Source of the DNA: Lytechinus pictus
Lineage: Eukaryota
NCBI RefSeq assembly: GCF_037042905.1
Contig: NC_087251.1
Span: 31,558,001 to 31,622,000, forward strand
Reading direction: 5' to 3'
DNA: 64,000 bases
Of this stretch, positions 51,901 through 64,000 are shown one piece after another. The position numbers were made by a program, and so were the translations under genes. A model generated the notes under the pieces. That model had not been told where the DNA came from and did no database searches. It saw nothing but the letters and a program-made list of their open reading frames with translations. Each line of letters opens with the position of its first letter. The first letter of the stretch is position 1.

Positions 51901-54900
51901 TACATAGCATCACCTGAATGGCCCATTCTCTGTCAGTGAAATTGCATTTCATTGATTTTTGGAGTTAAAATCCTTCTATTGATTTGAAAACCTCAGTTTC
52001 CGTAACCCGGGGAGGGAGGGGGGTGGTACTCAAATAATAAAAGTCTGCTGGGCAAACCCTTCATTCGAGTTACGGGTCTGAATGTGCAGCCTGAATTGAA
52101 ACAGCAAGTTTTGTATGCTAGTCTTTGCGTGGAGACACACTTGTTGATCAAAGTTTCAATCAGGGTCTGTGCCTGCAGACTACTTATAAGCTGCACCAAA
52201 AATGAACATTAGGGGTCTCCAGAACTGCTCTAGTATCAACGATTGCTAAAAATGCAATGCTCTGGACCGGCATAAATTCCATTTTTGGGAGCATTACATG
52301 AATATGCATGAAATGTTTCTGCACCATGAACCAATCAGCGGCCCCCAAATTGCTGTGCAGAGCTTTGGCTGTCATTGGACGCAGTCAATGGCAATTTACA
52401 ACTGTGCTGCGCTGAGTATGAGCGGGCACTGGAACTAAGAAACCACACATTTGAGGGTCTCCAAAATGGGGTAAATAGGAATTTCTATGGTTTTCTACAA
52501 CGGTGATGCTCTGGAACAGAAATTTAGGCTGAAAATGGGGGTCTCGACCGCAGCATATACGTATCATACATTTATACTAAATACCCCCCCCCCCCCCCGT
52601 TCTGTAATTGTCTTGTTAAGTCTACTTTAACAGCCATCAGTCTCCTGTGTTCTACAATCCACACTGCATATATTTTGAAAAATCTACATGTACATACTGC
52701 ATATATGCTATCTGACAATTACAAACCCAGCTTCTTGCCAGTTGTAATTGAGTTCATGCCGATATCATAAGACAAATAAAAATAACTCTAAATGACTACA
52801 GAATTTCCTTTCTCAGTTTCTGGGATTGCTAAGTTTAATAAAGGTCAAGTCCACCACAGAAAAATGTTGATTTCAATAAATAGAGAAAAAGCAAACTAGC
52901 ATAATGCTGAAAATTCATCAAAATCGGATGTAAAATAAGAAAGTTATGGCATTTTAAAGTTTTGCTTTATAATTTCACAAAACAGTTATGCACATCATGG
53001 TCGGTATGCAAATTGACTGATGACGTCACCCACTCACTATTTCTTTTGTATTCTATTATATGAAATATGAATTATTCTAATTTTCTCCTCCTTTTCAAAT
53101 GCAACAAAGTTTTATTTCTCCCTGAACATGTGGAATATTACCGATTTTTTAAAAGTTTATGGTTAAAGGACAAGTCCACCCCAACAAAAAGTTGATTTGA
53201 ATAAAAAGAGAAAAATCCAACAAGCATAACACTGAAAATTTCATCAAAATCGGATGTAAAATAAGAAAGTTATGACATTTCAAAATTTCGCTTAATTTCA
53301 CAAAACAGTTATACATGTATGCACATCCTGGCTGGTATGCAAATGAGGAGACTATGATGTCATCAACTCACTATTTCTTTTGTATTTTATTATATGAAAT
53401 ATTTTAATTTTCTCCTCATTGTCAAGTGATACAACGATTAATTCCTCCCTGAACATGTGGAATTAGCATTGCTTAATACTATATGGTTCAGTTAAGTTGG
53501 TCCTTATTGTCAAATCTAAAAAAAAATGAAATATCGTATAATTCAAACAATAAAAAACAAAAGAAATAGTGAGTGATGGACATCATCGACTGACTCACCT
53601 AGTTGTGCATATCACTGTTTTGTGAAAAATAAACTTGTGAAACTTTAAAATGTCATAACTTTTTTATTTTACATCCGATTTTGATGAAATTTTCAGCACT
53701 ATGCTAGTTTGATTTTTCTCTATTTATTCAAGTCAGCATTTTGCTGGGATGGACTTGACCTTTAAGTTAAGTTGGTCCTAATTGTCAAATCTGTAAAAAA
53801 TGGAATTATTGTATTATTCAAACAATAAAAAACAAAAGAAATGGTGAGTGATGGACATCATCGACTATCTCCTTTGCATATCGCTGAGTTGTGCATTTAA
53901 CTGTTTTGTGAAAAATAAGCGTAACTTAAAAATGTCATAACTTTCTTATTTTATATCTGATTTAAATGAAATTTGCAGCCTTTCCTTTTTTTTTATATAT
54001 TTCTCTATCGATTCAAATCAACAATTTTCTGGGGTGGACTTGACCTTTAAGTGCAGGTATTCATTGAAATCTGAAATATCAAATAAAAACCAAATGCTCT
54101 CTCCTTTATCTAGTTGATTTGCTAAATTTTGAATTCATTAGAGCCTGATGTCATATATCCTCCTAACCACCATGGAGCCAGAAGTAATCCTATAAGAAAA
54201 TTGCCTGAATGCTAAGTATGCCAAATATCCAGATGCAGGGTATATTTAGATATCAATGAAGATGCGAAGTTCTTGCGCTGTGATGTCGTTGTGTATACAT
54301 GGTTCAAGATGAAAAGTTTTGGTGATATCACATTATCATCATTATCTACATTCATATCAGTATATGAATATAGCATTGCTGTTTTATAACAAAGCACTTT
54401 CAACATTTTTTTTTTAAAAGTGATATTAACACAAAAGGAAACATCTATGTGTACATGCATATGACATCAATATTGAGTCAAGCAAAATAAGATAAAAACC
54501 CCATCAGTCCAGGGGGGGTAATATGCCTCCTTCATTTTTGTGATAAATCCTGATGCAAAAAGATATTTCATGACTTTTTCTTTCAAGTCTCATGCAACTT
54601 TTGAGATCTAATTTTCAAGGTGCGACGTTCAGGTATGTGGTTCTGAAACTAGGTAACAATACACACTGTCGACCAAAAATTGCTCAAAAATGTAATTTCA
54701 CAAACAAATCTAATGCAAATTCTGTTTAGAACTATTCTGGCCAAAATTCTGATACACTGTTTTTACTATAACTTTTTAAAATCCATTGATTTCAAAGTAT
54801 TACCGACAATTTCCACAAAAAAACACCATAAAACATAGTTGAAAAACAAAGAGATACATACAAGAAATTTCAAAACCAATAAAATACATTAGCAAAAATC

Positions 54901-57900
54901 AATTTGATACCAATTATTTGATCAGAATAACACATTCTCATAACAAAAGAAAATAATAACAGTGGGGCTTCATGTACAAATTATGTAGATACCCAAATTC
55001 CAATTTCATGCATGAAGTAACTTAATTGATTTACAGGCCGGCTGCCAGTAGACCTAAAACTACATGTATATATTCATTTTCCAGAAAGGAATATGGAAAG
55101 ACGAACAATGTACATGTATTTAATACATGAAATTAGATAACTGTGTATAACTGTTTGATATAGTGTCCACTCCATGATAATTTCCAGTTTACATGAAATG
55201 TACACTTTGGATACAAGATTTGGTTGTTTAGTTAAAGGAAACCAAAACCCAAGAAGAGAATCAATCTTATTGTAAAGAGTAAAATGAGAGGATCAATTTA
55301 AAACAAGTTTCATCAAAATCGGTGAAATACGCAAGTTATGGACGTTTGAAAATTCTCGTTTTACTTTCTATTGGGATCCTCAAATTGGCAAACGTACTTA
55401 AAAATTGCTGATTTTGTGGACAACTCTCCATTTGTTTTGTACACAAATTTTCAGATTTTCCCCTTTATTTTACATATTTCTTATTATCTCCTCCTGACCT
55501 TGACATATGTGGTGTGAATTATATTTTCCCATGGCATATTGTTGTGCTCAGAAGGAGGCAAGATGCAAATTGAAAGATAATGAGGAAAATCTGAAAAATT
55601 TGTGTACAAAACAAATGAAGAGTTGTCCACAAAATCAACCATTTTTTTAAAAGTACGTTTGCCAATTTGAGGATCCCCATAGAAAGTACAACAAGGGTTT
55701 TCAAACTTCCATAACTCGCTTTATATCCTATGACTGATTTAGATAAAACAAGTTTTAGATTGCTCCTCTCATTTTATTCTTTCTGATAGGATAGATTTTC
55801 TCCTTGTATTTTGGTTTCCTTTAAAAATGAATATCCCTTCCTGTCTCTTCAGTGCAGCCCATTTCAATTTAGCCATTACTGCCATATTTACCAAGTGGTA
55901 AATATGGCAGTACAAAACTTGGTACTTATACATGTAAATACACAATATTATGAAACAAATCTATAAAATGGACAGAATGACACATATTCCACAACTGGGA
56001 AGAAAGTTTTTACCCCCCCCCCCCTACCTCATATTGATCTTGTTTTTGACATTAAGCCCTGAACACACATTCCTTTTAAACTTCTTAGAAACTAAAGTTG
56101 ATTGCCATCATATAAACTTCAAAAATTTGAATCACTGGCATGTAGGACAGGGTCGGGGCCCCAAAAAATTTCATGGTAAAAAAAACAGAAGGGGATAAAA
56201 GCAAAAGTAAAGGGAAAGGTAGTGAAATATACTACTTGTTGGATATTATGTCAAACCTATTTAAGTAGATCTTCATTATAAATGGCATATTTTGCTCCTT
56301 TTAACTTTTTAAAACTTTCCAACATAGAGCCTGTTCAGACCGGCAGAGATAGCGCGATCTAGCGCGCGCTAGATCGCGCTATCTCTGCGGTGTGGAAGGT
56401 ACAACGTCGTTTCGGTCCGCCCAACAGCGAGCCACGGCGAGCCAAAACGGCGTGCCACTGGAGCACCTCTTGGGGGTGGTCCACGAGAGATAGCGCGGTC
56501 TAGCGCGCGCTAGATCGCGCTATCTCTGCCGGTGTGAACCCGAGCTACGATAGCACGCCGGAAGTCATCTACACGCGGGGAATTTTATACTCATTCTATT
56601 TTGGTGCGATCTGAATCTGAATCGGTACAACTCAACACTCCTAATTTTATGGAGTAAAACGCGTCGGAACATCGTGAAAATAGAAATATAGTAAGTAATG
56701 CGTCATGGCAACAGGACCTCTCAAAAAAGGGGGTGCTACAATAGACCGCGCTATCTCACTGCGGTGTGAATCCGGCGAATGCCAATGGGCGGACCGTGGA
56801 TCGCGCTACGATAGCGCGATCCACGGTCCGCCCACGGGTCCCCCCTTGCGGTGTGAACAGCCTCATATATTACGTTGTGCCTCCTCAGAATGTTTAGGTC
56901 ATCATGCCACTAATCCAAATACCGGTAGTGCTATTAATGGATACAAAGACTGTCACATTGAAAATGCATTTATTTTATTTTATTTATTTTCCTCAGCACA
57001 GCTTGCTTATTTTATCTAAGTTTCACTCCTCAGCCAGGTTGCTAAGAGACAAAGAGTAGATCTTATGCAAGAGTGAGTAGGAGATACTAGGATAAACGCA
57101 ATATGTCAGACGTTTACACCAAGCTGCCCTCACCAGACATTAATGTAGGTAAGATATACAGACTACTTATAAAAGAGAATGATATTAAAATCTAAAACTG
57201 ACCAGAGACAGTGTCGATTTTAACAAAAAGCAAAAATAAAAGTCTTTTGTAATAAAATTAGAGCTTTACTAGTCACTGGTCGCATATGCTTTGTGGAGCT
57301 AGTCTATTAATGACATTGTCTTGATAATATTTTTGTAGAAAATGTTCAAGTTTGTGAAGCTAGCGGCCATAAGATAGTCGAGACACGTTTTATGTGAATT
57401 GTAACATTTTTGTAACATCTTGGAGACTTTGTGTAACACACACCTATGCAATTTTGAGGCAGTCGCCATTTTAGCTGCCATCTTGATAATTTTTGAATTT
57501 CAACTTTAAACAGAAAAGCAGCCTTTCTTGTTTGATATTGGCTGGAACTTTTAGATACCTGTATGAGGTCAGATTTAGCTGAATTTATGCTGTTATTTTT
57601 ATGCCTGTATTGAAGAAGCCATCGATGGTTCTAAGATTGGGATATTTCCAAGACCGGATAATTTCCAGGATCGGGACATTTCCCAAGACCGGGTCGCTTT
57701 GAAGACTGGTGAATTGTTTTAAGCTGAACATTATAAAGTGCTGACTCTGGAGGTTTTCGGTCAACACGTCACCTGACAGATAAGTTGTAAATAGCAGTGA
57801 GAGAGAAAGCAGGAGACTTTTCATTAAATTTGAAATTAGCTTTCTAAATACCAGAAAGTCTTGCAAATTGACATTTCAGAAAATAGACATTGATTATGAA

Positions 57901-60900
57901 GATGACTGAACATGAACAGTTTGATAGTGAGAAGAGTTTATTCAAATTTGAATCCGTGTAAGATATGATGTCGATTAACAGAGTTTTGAGCTAGAATTTA
58001 GGTGCATAATTTTTTTTAAGCTCAAGTTCAGGAGTTAGAAGGATTTTGAAATGTAATCACAAAAATGTTGTGATAAGAGATACAAAGTGGTGAGAATGGA
58101 ATTCTATGAAGGTGGATTAATGCAGGATCCTTTCATAGGAATTTTTGGTAATTGTTATTGTGAAAACAAAATGAAACAAAGTTAAAGGTTTAATTGATAT
58201 TTTTGGAGGTAATTTTGCAGGTGAAAATGTAATACACTGAACGTTGAAGTTGGTGATTAGATCAGTGCAGGATCTTTTCAGTTATTGGAGTTAGAGACAG
58301 ATCGAGAGTTGAATATTATAGCTTGGATCAATGCAGGATCCTTTGATTGTAAACTTGTGAATTAAAGTATTTTTCAGAATACTTTATCATTTAGAGGTGT
58401 TACAGTTTTATTTCCCTTTTAAACTTCATACGTTGGACAATATTGAACTTCGAAGAGAGATGTTTTGATATTGGAGTTTTGTATACTGAAATAAATTACA
58501 CATTGAGTTCTACTTGAATTTTATTTAAAGTCTGCCCATGTGACAAAGACTTTGAATAGACCAATGTTAATGAAAATCTAGGCGTTCATATCTACTGCTG
58601 ATAACAAACCTTCTCTCTACATAATAGGTTTTACAAAAAAAACACCATATATAATGAATAAAGATTTACAGAAATGTACATCCTGGGTTTTCTTTTTCAT
58701 TATTTTCAACGCATATACATTATGTACATGTAAGTGCAATGTATGAATATTCTCACAGGAATGTGTTTACTTCAAAATCGTATACAGGATAAAACGGCGT
58801 ATCAGGGAGGGTCGTACAGGATGCAGGACAAATTGGTGAAATCTGGCACATCTAGTCACCCGATACAGACCAAATTTCCAGGGGGTGCTGAAGGCATCCA
58901 AGAGCCATGTCACCACATCATATGCCAAATCAAATTATAATTCATAATTGCATAACACACTCTGCTTTTCTGCTTTATTGCAAAATAGAGATCATCACTA
59001 TGACACCAATCAAGTATCAAGCATGCACCAAACTTCGAGTGATAACATATTCAAGGCAGCAAGTTAGCATAAAAGTTACATATTATTACTGATGAAAATT
59101 TTGTATCTTTATCTTCTCAAAATATATGAATCTTGCTTGATCTTTAAGTCGACGTGACTCTATTATGTATTTCAAAATGGTCATAGCCTACCTCTGCAAT
59201 AGCAACTCCAAAATGTGTGATTATTGATTTCTAAATTTCTGGTTTGAACAGATGATATCTTCTAATCTTTTTTCCCTGCCCTCTGATTCTTCATCTCTCA
59301 TTTTGCTCTCTCCCAGTGTCCCCTCCATTCCAATATCTCTGGGGGATCACACGAACTGGCAACTAGATTGCATTGAGCGGTTTAAGATATGAGTTTGTCT
59401 TCAGGTGATTTGAATACTCTAGATTAGTCTGACCCAAATCAAATTGGTATTAAAGGTAGATAATGAGATAAGGTCAGGGGGAAACCTGTCAACTTGTTTT
59501 TGTCTGAATGATTATGACAGTTTCACCACTGGAGATGTAATATTGTAGTATAAAGTCAGTCACAAATCCCCAATGGCAGATAAGCAGTCAGAATGCAATA
59601 TTTTTATGAATGGATATATTACTGGAAAGTATTTTTTAAGTCAGAAGTCATGGATTTCTATGTTCCTAACAAGTAGAATTCTTTATCTACAATGCTAAAA
59701 GGGACATACAAGTCACAAATAACAAATTTGAGCTGAAATGCAGAATACACCAACACCAAGTTGAATGGCCATGGTCTACACGCGTTTCTATATGACAAGT
59801 ATGCCTCCTGAAATGCTCATACTCATAGACAAAAAGATTACAGACAGGCCACTGGAAACTTAAAAATTCAATTTTCAAAAAGATTAATGAAAATCAATGG
59901 ACACTTCACATTCATAGGTTTTGAACGTGATGTACTGAAATATAATTCATGTTATTCACCCTTCACAAATGCTTAAACAGGCTGATATAACAGGAAATCA
60001 GCAAACTAATAAACACAAATTACTGCAACTCTAATGAGAAGTGTATATGACGTAGGTGAAAGGCCATTGCTTTATCAATTCCAAATGTTAAGAAAATACC
60101 TGCAATGAGGCTAGCGACTCAGGAAGCTCCATAATTTAATCGCAATCACTTCTGGCATCCCCAGAACAATAAACAGTGTTACACCGTGGATCTACCATCC
60201 CCTGGTTACACTCAGGGCTAACAACAAAAATTCATCAAGCGATAGTCTCTTTGCCAAGCCAAACCTACTAGGAAGATTAGCACTTGGTATTTCCTATACA
60301 ACCTCTATTTGCTAGATGAAGAAAACTCTACATTATATTTGTTCATACAATTATTAAACATCCTTTTACAATCAATTGAAGTGGGGGGAGATATCCAGAT
60401 CTCATAAGATGTCTTTCATAGTGACAACAAAATGTTTCAAAATAGTCACATGTGCAAAGTACGACAAATCGTACCTGATTTATTATTAACAGGAATCTCA
60501 TTTTCTCTCTGTTTGGTTTACACCTTTCGTTTGAATGTTGACAAGTTTAAGTGGAAGACAGAATCTAAATATTAAATGTGAAATGAATGGAAAAAAGTGC
60601 TATGTGATCATTACTTGACCAACTGGGACACTATCAGCTATATATCTTGGGTCTTACAGCTAATATGGTAATCAAATACCCAAACATAAAATGTCATTCA
60701 TCCCTTGTTTATTGGGCCAAGTGTATCTCAAATTAGAATCATATCTCAAAGCCACTTAAGGATTTATAAAAGTCTCTGCCTTATGTTACCCAAACCCTTG
60801 ATTTAACATAGCTACATGTACAAGTAAAGGCCTTGCTTGCACTTACCGCTATCGGGTCTGAAAAGTCTGGTATATCGAAGAAAAGGATGGCTGTAAAAGC

Positions 60901-60970
60901 ACTTGCCGTAACCATGGCAATGATTGCAAGGATGACAATGATGGAGTAGCGATTGAGCAGCATGGCATAT
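45845..60970 (-). CDS. DISP1: Protein dispatched homolog (RND/sterol-sensing-domain Hedgehog exporter), spliced gene; extreme N-terminus not located
   Basis: Exons 60970-60847, 50004-49659 and 48996-45845 join in phase at AG/GT sites. The junction rebuilds the Dispatched motif IPDFSDPIA|GFEPRGT. TM4 has GVGADDAFV and TM10 has GLSIDFTVHYG; FPFMNLT and SMFVTSFTTASAF also match. About 1206 aa in the window. Confidence 0.93.
49659..50004 (-). CDS. DISP1: Dispatched exon (ECD1 linker, GFEPRGT...LCGTP)
   Basis: Acceptor TTTCAG, donor C|GTAAGT; phase 0 to phase 1 fits both neighbours. Confidence 0.9.
51332..51746. mobile_element. CAGGGTGCTACATA-TIR element, copy 3
   Basis: Same termini; flanks TTTAAG/TATAAG. 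Confidence 0.88.
52842..54046. mobile_element. TTAA MITE family B containing a second family-B copy at 53167-53761
   Basis: Two left ends followed by two right ends; the inner copy is flanked by TTAA. Confidence 0.9.
55236..55820. mobile_element. TTAA MITE family C (AGGAAACCAAAA termini)
   Basis: TTAA|AGGAAACCAAAA...TTTTGGTTTCCT|TTAA; palindromic body. Confidence 0.88.
56327..56864. mobile_element. CpG-rich MITE with internal perfect palindromes
   Basis: GAGCCTGTTCA/TGAACAGCCTC ends; 46-bp perfect palindrome at 56343-56388. Confidence 0.78.
60847..60970 (-). CDS. DISP1: Dispatched exon (TM1, PDFSDP)
   Basis: Acceptor CATTACAG, donor GCG|GTAAGT; YAMLLNRYSIIVILAII...DIPDFSDPIA. Confidence 0.88.
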
Positions 60971-62106
60971 CTGTAATGAGGGAGAGGTAATAGGAAAAAG
61001 ACAAAATGAACAATAAATCTACTAGATACAGGGGGTATATGGATTAGGGAAGCTATCCAAATTGTTGAATGGAACCCCCTATGAATAAGATGATGATGAT
61101 CCACAGCATTTATATTGCGCTATATTTCTGTTAAAACATTCATAACTCATAATAGAGTCTTAGGACAATACACTCTCTCTTTGACGCACAATCCTCTTTT
61201 AACACTTTGTTGAGCTGCATAAGGGACTACACTGATCTACATGTACAACAAAAGTTATGAAACTAAAAAAAAAATGTTACCAAAAACAAGTAAAATTACA
61301 AGTATGTGATTGTGAAAAAAAAATTAAAATCAATGAAATATCTCCAGTATTTGTGAGGCCCATAGCAACATCAACTGATCAACTGTAGGCCTACTCTTTC
61401 TTTCTCAAGGCATGCCAAGATTGCAAAATGTTCTGAATCTCATTTCCAGTCTCTGTCTGTTTATACACAATCCTTCCCACATCAGGCCATTACGATGTAC
61501 CCGTATACCGGTATATTCTCAAAGCATGCAGATGAGTAGCTCAAAGAAAACTCATAATTTTGGTGTACATGTATATTCTCAGGTCAAGCATTCTAGTCTG
61601 CTCATATTCCTATGTTCTGAATATGTCATGAGACAAGTGCCCATATTGTATGATTCAAAGTTATGACTTAGATTCACACCACCCTAGATATTGCAAATGG
61701 GTCAATTAATAGGGGGTCTGATGCAGGAGTAATGCCCCCATTCAGAGCATTCATGGGTTTTTCTTTCTCCAATTTCCATGTAGCGCAAATTTTCATCAAA
61801 GAGCAACCTCATTTCAAACTATTGGCTGCAACGTGTCAAATGGGTGGCTTGCTTGGTAAACAGAACAATGTTTACTCCAAAATTTATTTCTAAATATGAA
61901 ATTTAAACTAGATGTCTGTGTACAATGTACAGTAAATCATAACGGAATGATTAACAAGGTGTGCACACTATCACAGTATCACTTGACTTGGTCATGATTT
62001 GGTCAAAATTTGCTTTTAATTCATTTTTTTATCCTCAACTTTTGTGCCCTCGATATCTCAAATTTGGCCGGTCTATCAAGGACATGTAGTGATAAATTTT
62101 AAGAGG

Positions 62107-62266
62107 TGACCAGGGGAGCGTTTCATCAACATTTTTGTCCGACAAGTTGTCAGATCTGACATCTTTCCTTGATTCTGATTGGCTGAGAGGTGCTGTTACT
62201 ATGGTAATTGTTGGATAAAACAGAACTTGTCGGACAAAGTCCCTTCATGAAACGCTCCCCTGGTCA
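62107..62266. mobile_element. Small MITE (CAGGGGAGCGTTTCAT TIR) containing a CCAAT box; possibly related degenerate copies at ~5593-5745 and ~6845-6952
   Basis: ~20-bp perfect TIR. Confidence 0.78.
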
Positions 62267-63782
62267 TCATGGTGTCATCTGGGACTGGGAGCCATTTCTT
62301 TTTAATATATCTTGACTTAAAAATAATCAATCATATTCATGCCACACTGATTTCAGCATAGTCATGTTAAGGTGTTAAGGTGAACAAAAATCAAAGTTGA
62401 TCAGATTGACCTTCAAACAGCTTTTCAGTTATCAATAGAACAAGATATTTCAACAAACACATGTACATGTAAAATGACCTCTAAAACCTTTAATATTGAA
62501 AGAGATTGTGGCACTTTGTGAGTAGCTGACTTAAAAAATTCTAAGAATAAACATACTAGGATGAAAAACTATAATACAGACACAAGTAGCATACAAGTAG
62601 CAATTTATAAGCCTGATTTTGATAACCATCGCTGAGATGCATTTAGCTTATAAATGCAGCTTTCTCAAATGAAAAAAAGTCAGAACTTTGTCAGAAAAGT
62701 GTTGACTGTCTTCTGTTGTGTGGAACTCCTATCATGGACCCAAAAGAGATGGACATTCATCGGTTCGTTAATGAATTCAAACATGTGACTGTCATTGTCA
62801 TCTGAATAACAATCGCTTCATATTTAGATATTGTGATCTTATCATGGTCACCTTCAATAAGGCCATGAAATAATAAAAAAAGAAGCGCTCTGAGATTACA
62901 TTGATATTGCACGAATTGTATGCACAGAAGATAATAAATCCCTTAAATCCTGGAAAATCAATGTGCAGTTCTGGTTTGCATTTTATAGTTTCATGGGGTT
63001 TTATTTGGAAATATAAATTCATGATAGAGATTGAATTGTGATTGATTGTTTTTCCACTTTTGAAGGTTTCCTCACAATATCCCGGAGAAACATGATGCAT
63101 ACTGTAGCTTGGAGAGGACGGGTCTCTCTCGTTGTTATTACGGTCATTATGTGTGTGCAGAAGTGTGCAAATCGGTAATAAAAAATTACATATCAATATC
63201 ATAAAAATAGTCTGCTTCTCAATTTTGCTGCTCCAAAACTGAAGCATGTTAATTAAAAGATATATTCTGATACAGGACTATAATTTATGTTTTTAATACT
63301 TTATACGCACTCGCACTACAAGAACAAAGAACTTTTAAATATGAAATAATAGTATGTGGAAAGTTCCACACATACACACACAACCAACACATTTATCTTC
63401 ATCATCTTGAAGCAGCAATTTACTCTTGAAGAAGGAAAAGAAGAAGCACATCAACCAACAACGCCAAGACTAGGTAAAAAGTTCCTTTGGCTTTGTTAAT
63501 TATTAGATACGATATGCCTTGTTGGTCGCTATTGTCAAAACACCTGTATGTTCGCATTAAAATGAACATAATCAGGATACGGCGACTATGATTGCACCAA
63601 AACAAGGCTCTTGCTAATCGTCCATTTCTTTAATAGGTTCATGCTCCTATGCACACAGTATTATTAGCTACACTGTACATTCAGGGTACATTGTACGCAC
63701 TGTACATACAGATAGGTCATGCTGGGATCATCCAGAGTTTATGTGTTGTGGTACACATTCGCTACACAGTCACTGAAACTAC

Positions 63783-64000
63783 CCCGGGGGGGGGCCACTT
63801 CCATTGACGAGTGGATACCATGCGCGACCATGGGGTCTCAAAAAGCACCCTAAACACGTATTTTCCATATTCTGAAAATGCACCCCTTAACAAGTATTGG
63901 AAACAAAACAATACTCTTGGCAAGTATTCGAAATGAACCCCTAAACAAGTACAGGAATATTTTGTCACGGGTCCTTCGGTCGTTGGTTTTACACATCATT
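63783..64000 (+). repeat. Left end of a dispersed element, also at 35646
   Basis: CCCGGGGGGGGCCACTT(A/C)CATTGACGAGTGGATACCATGCGCGACCA at both sites. Confidence 0.75.

Noticed and set aside
62798-63247. 149-aa ORF as the upstream Dispatched exon
   Set aside because: No family similarity and no convincing phase-2 donor identified.

Overview
AT-rich, repeat-dense invertebrate genomic DNA, probably a sea urchin or other echinoderm (inferred from repeat style and gene structure, not proven). I assembled three co-oriented minus-strand genes by hand from GT/AG splice sites with consistent phases. (1) A Dispatched (DISP1-like) Hedgehog exporter, 3 coding exons, 60970 to 45845. (2) Directly downstream, a complete 8-exon, 745-aa HHIP-like secreted protein (34403 to 23702) whose C-terminus looks like a netrin/NTR (C345C) module rather than the usual SRCR or EGF tail. 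(3) A TMEM179/TMEM179B-like membrane protein, 4 exons, 18045 to 5338, last exon not found. The rest is transposon material: a disabled APE-RT LINE, many TTAA-flanked Kolobok-like palindromic MITEs (one nested in its own family), a Merlin-like foldback element, Harbinger- and pogo-like MITEs, Helentron-type elements with ~160-bp internal repeats rich in TGACCT motifs, and tRNA-derived SINEs. There are three N gaps. The most notable signal is the Dispatched plus HHIPL-NTR gene pair, a possible linked module for Hedgehog release and extracellular modulation.
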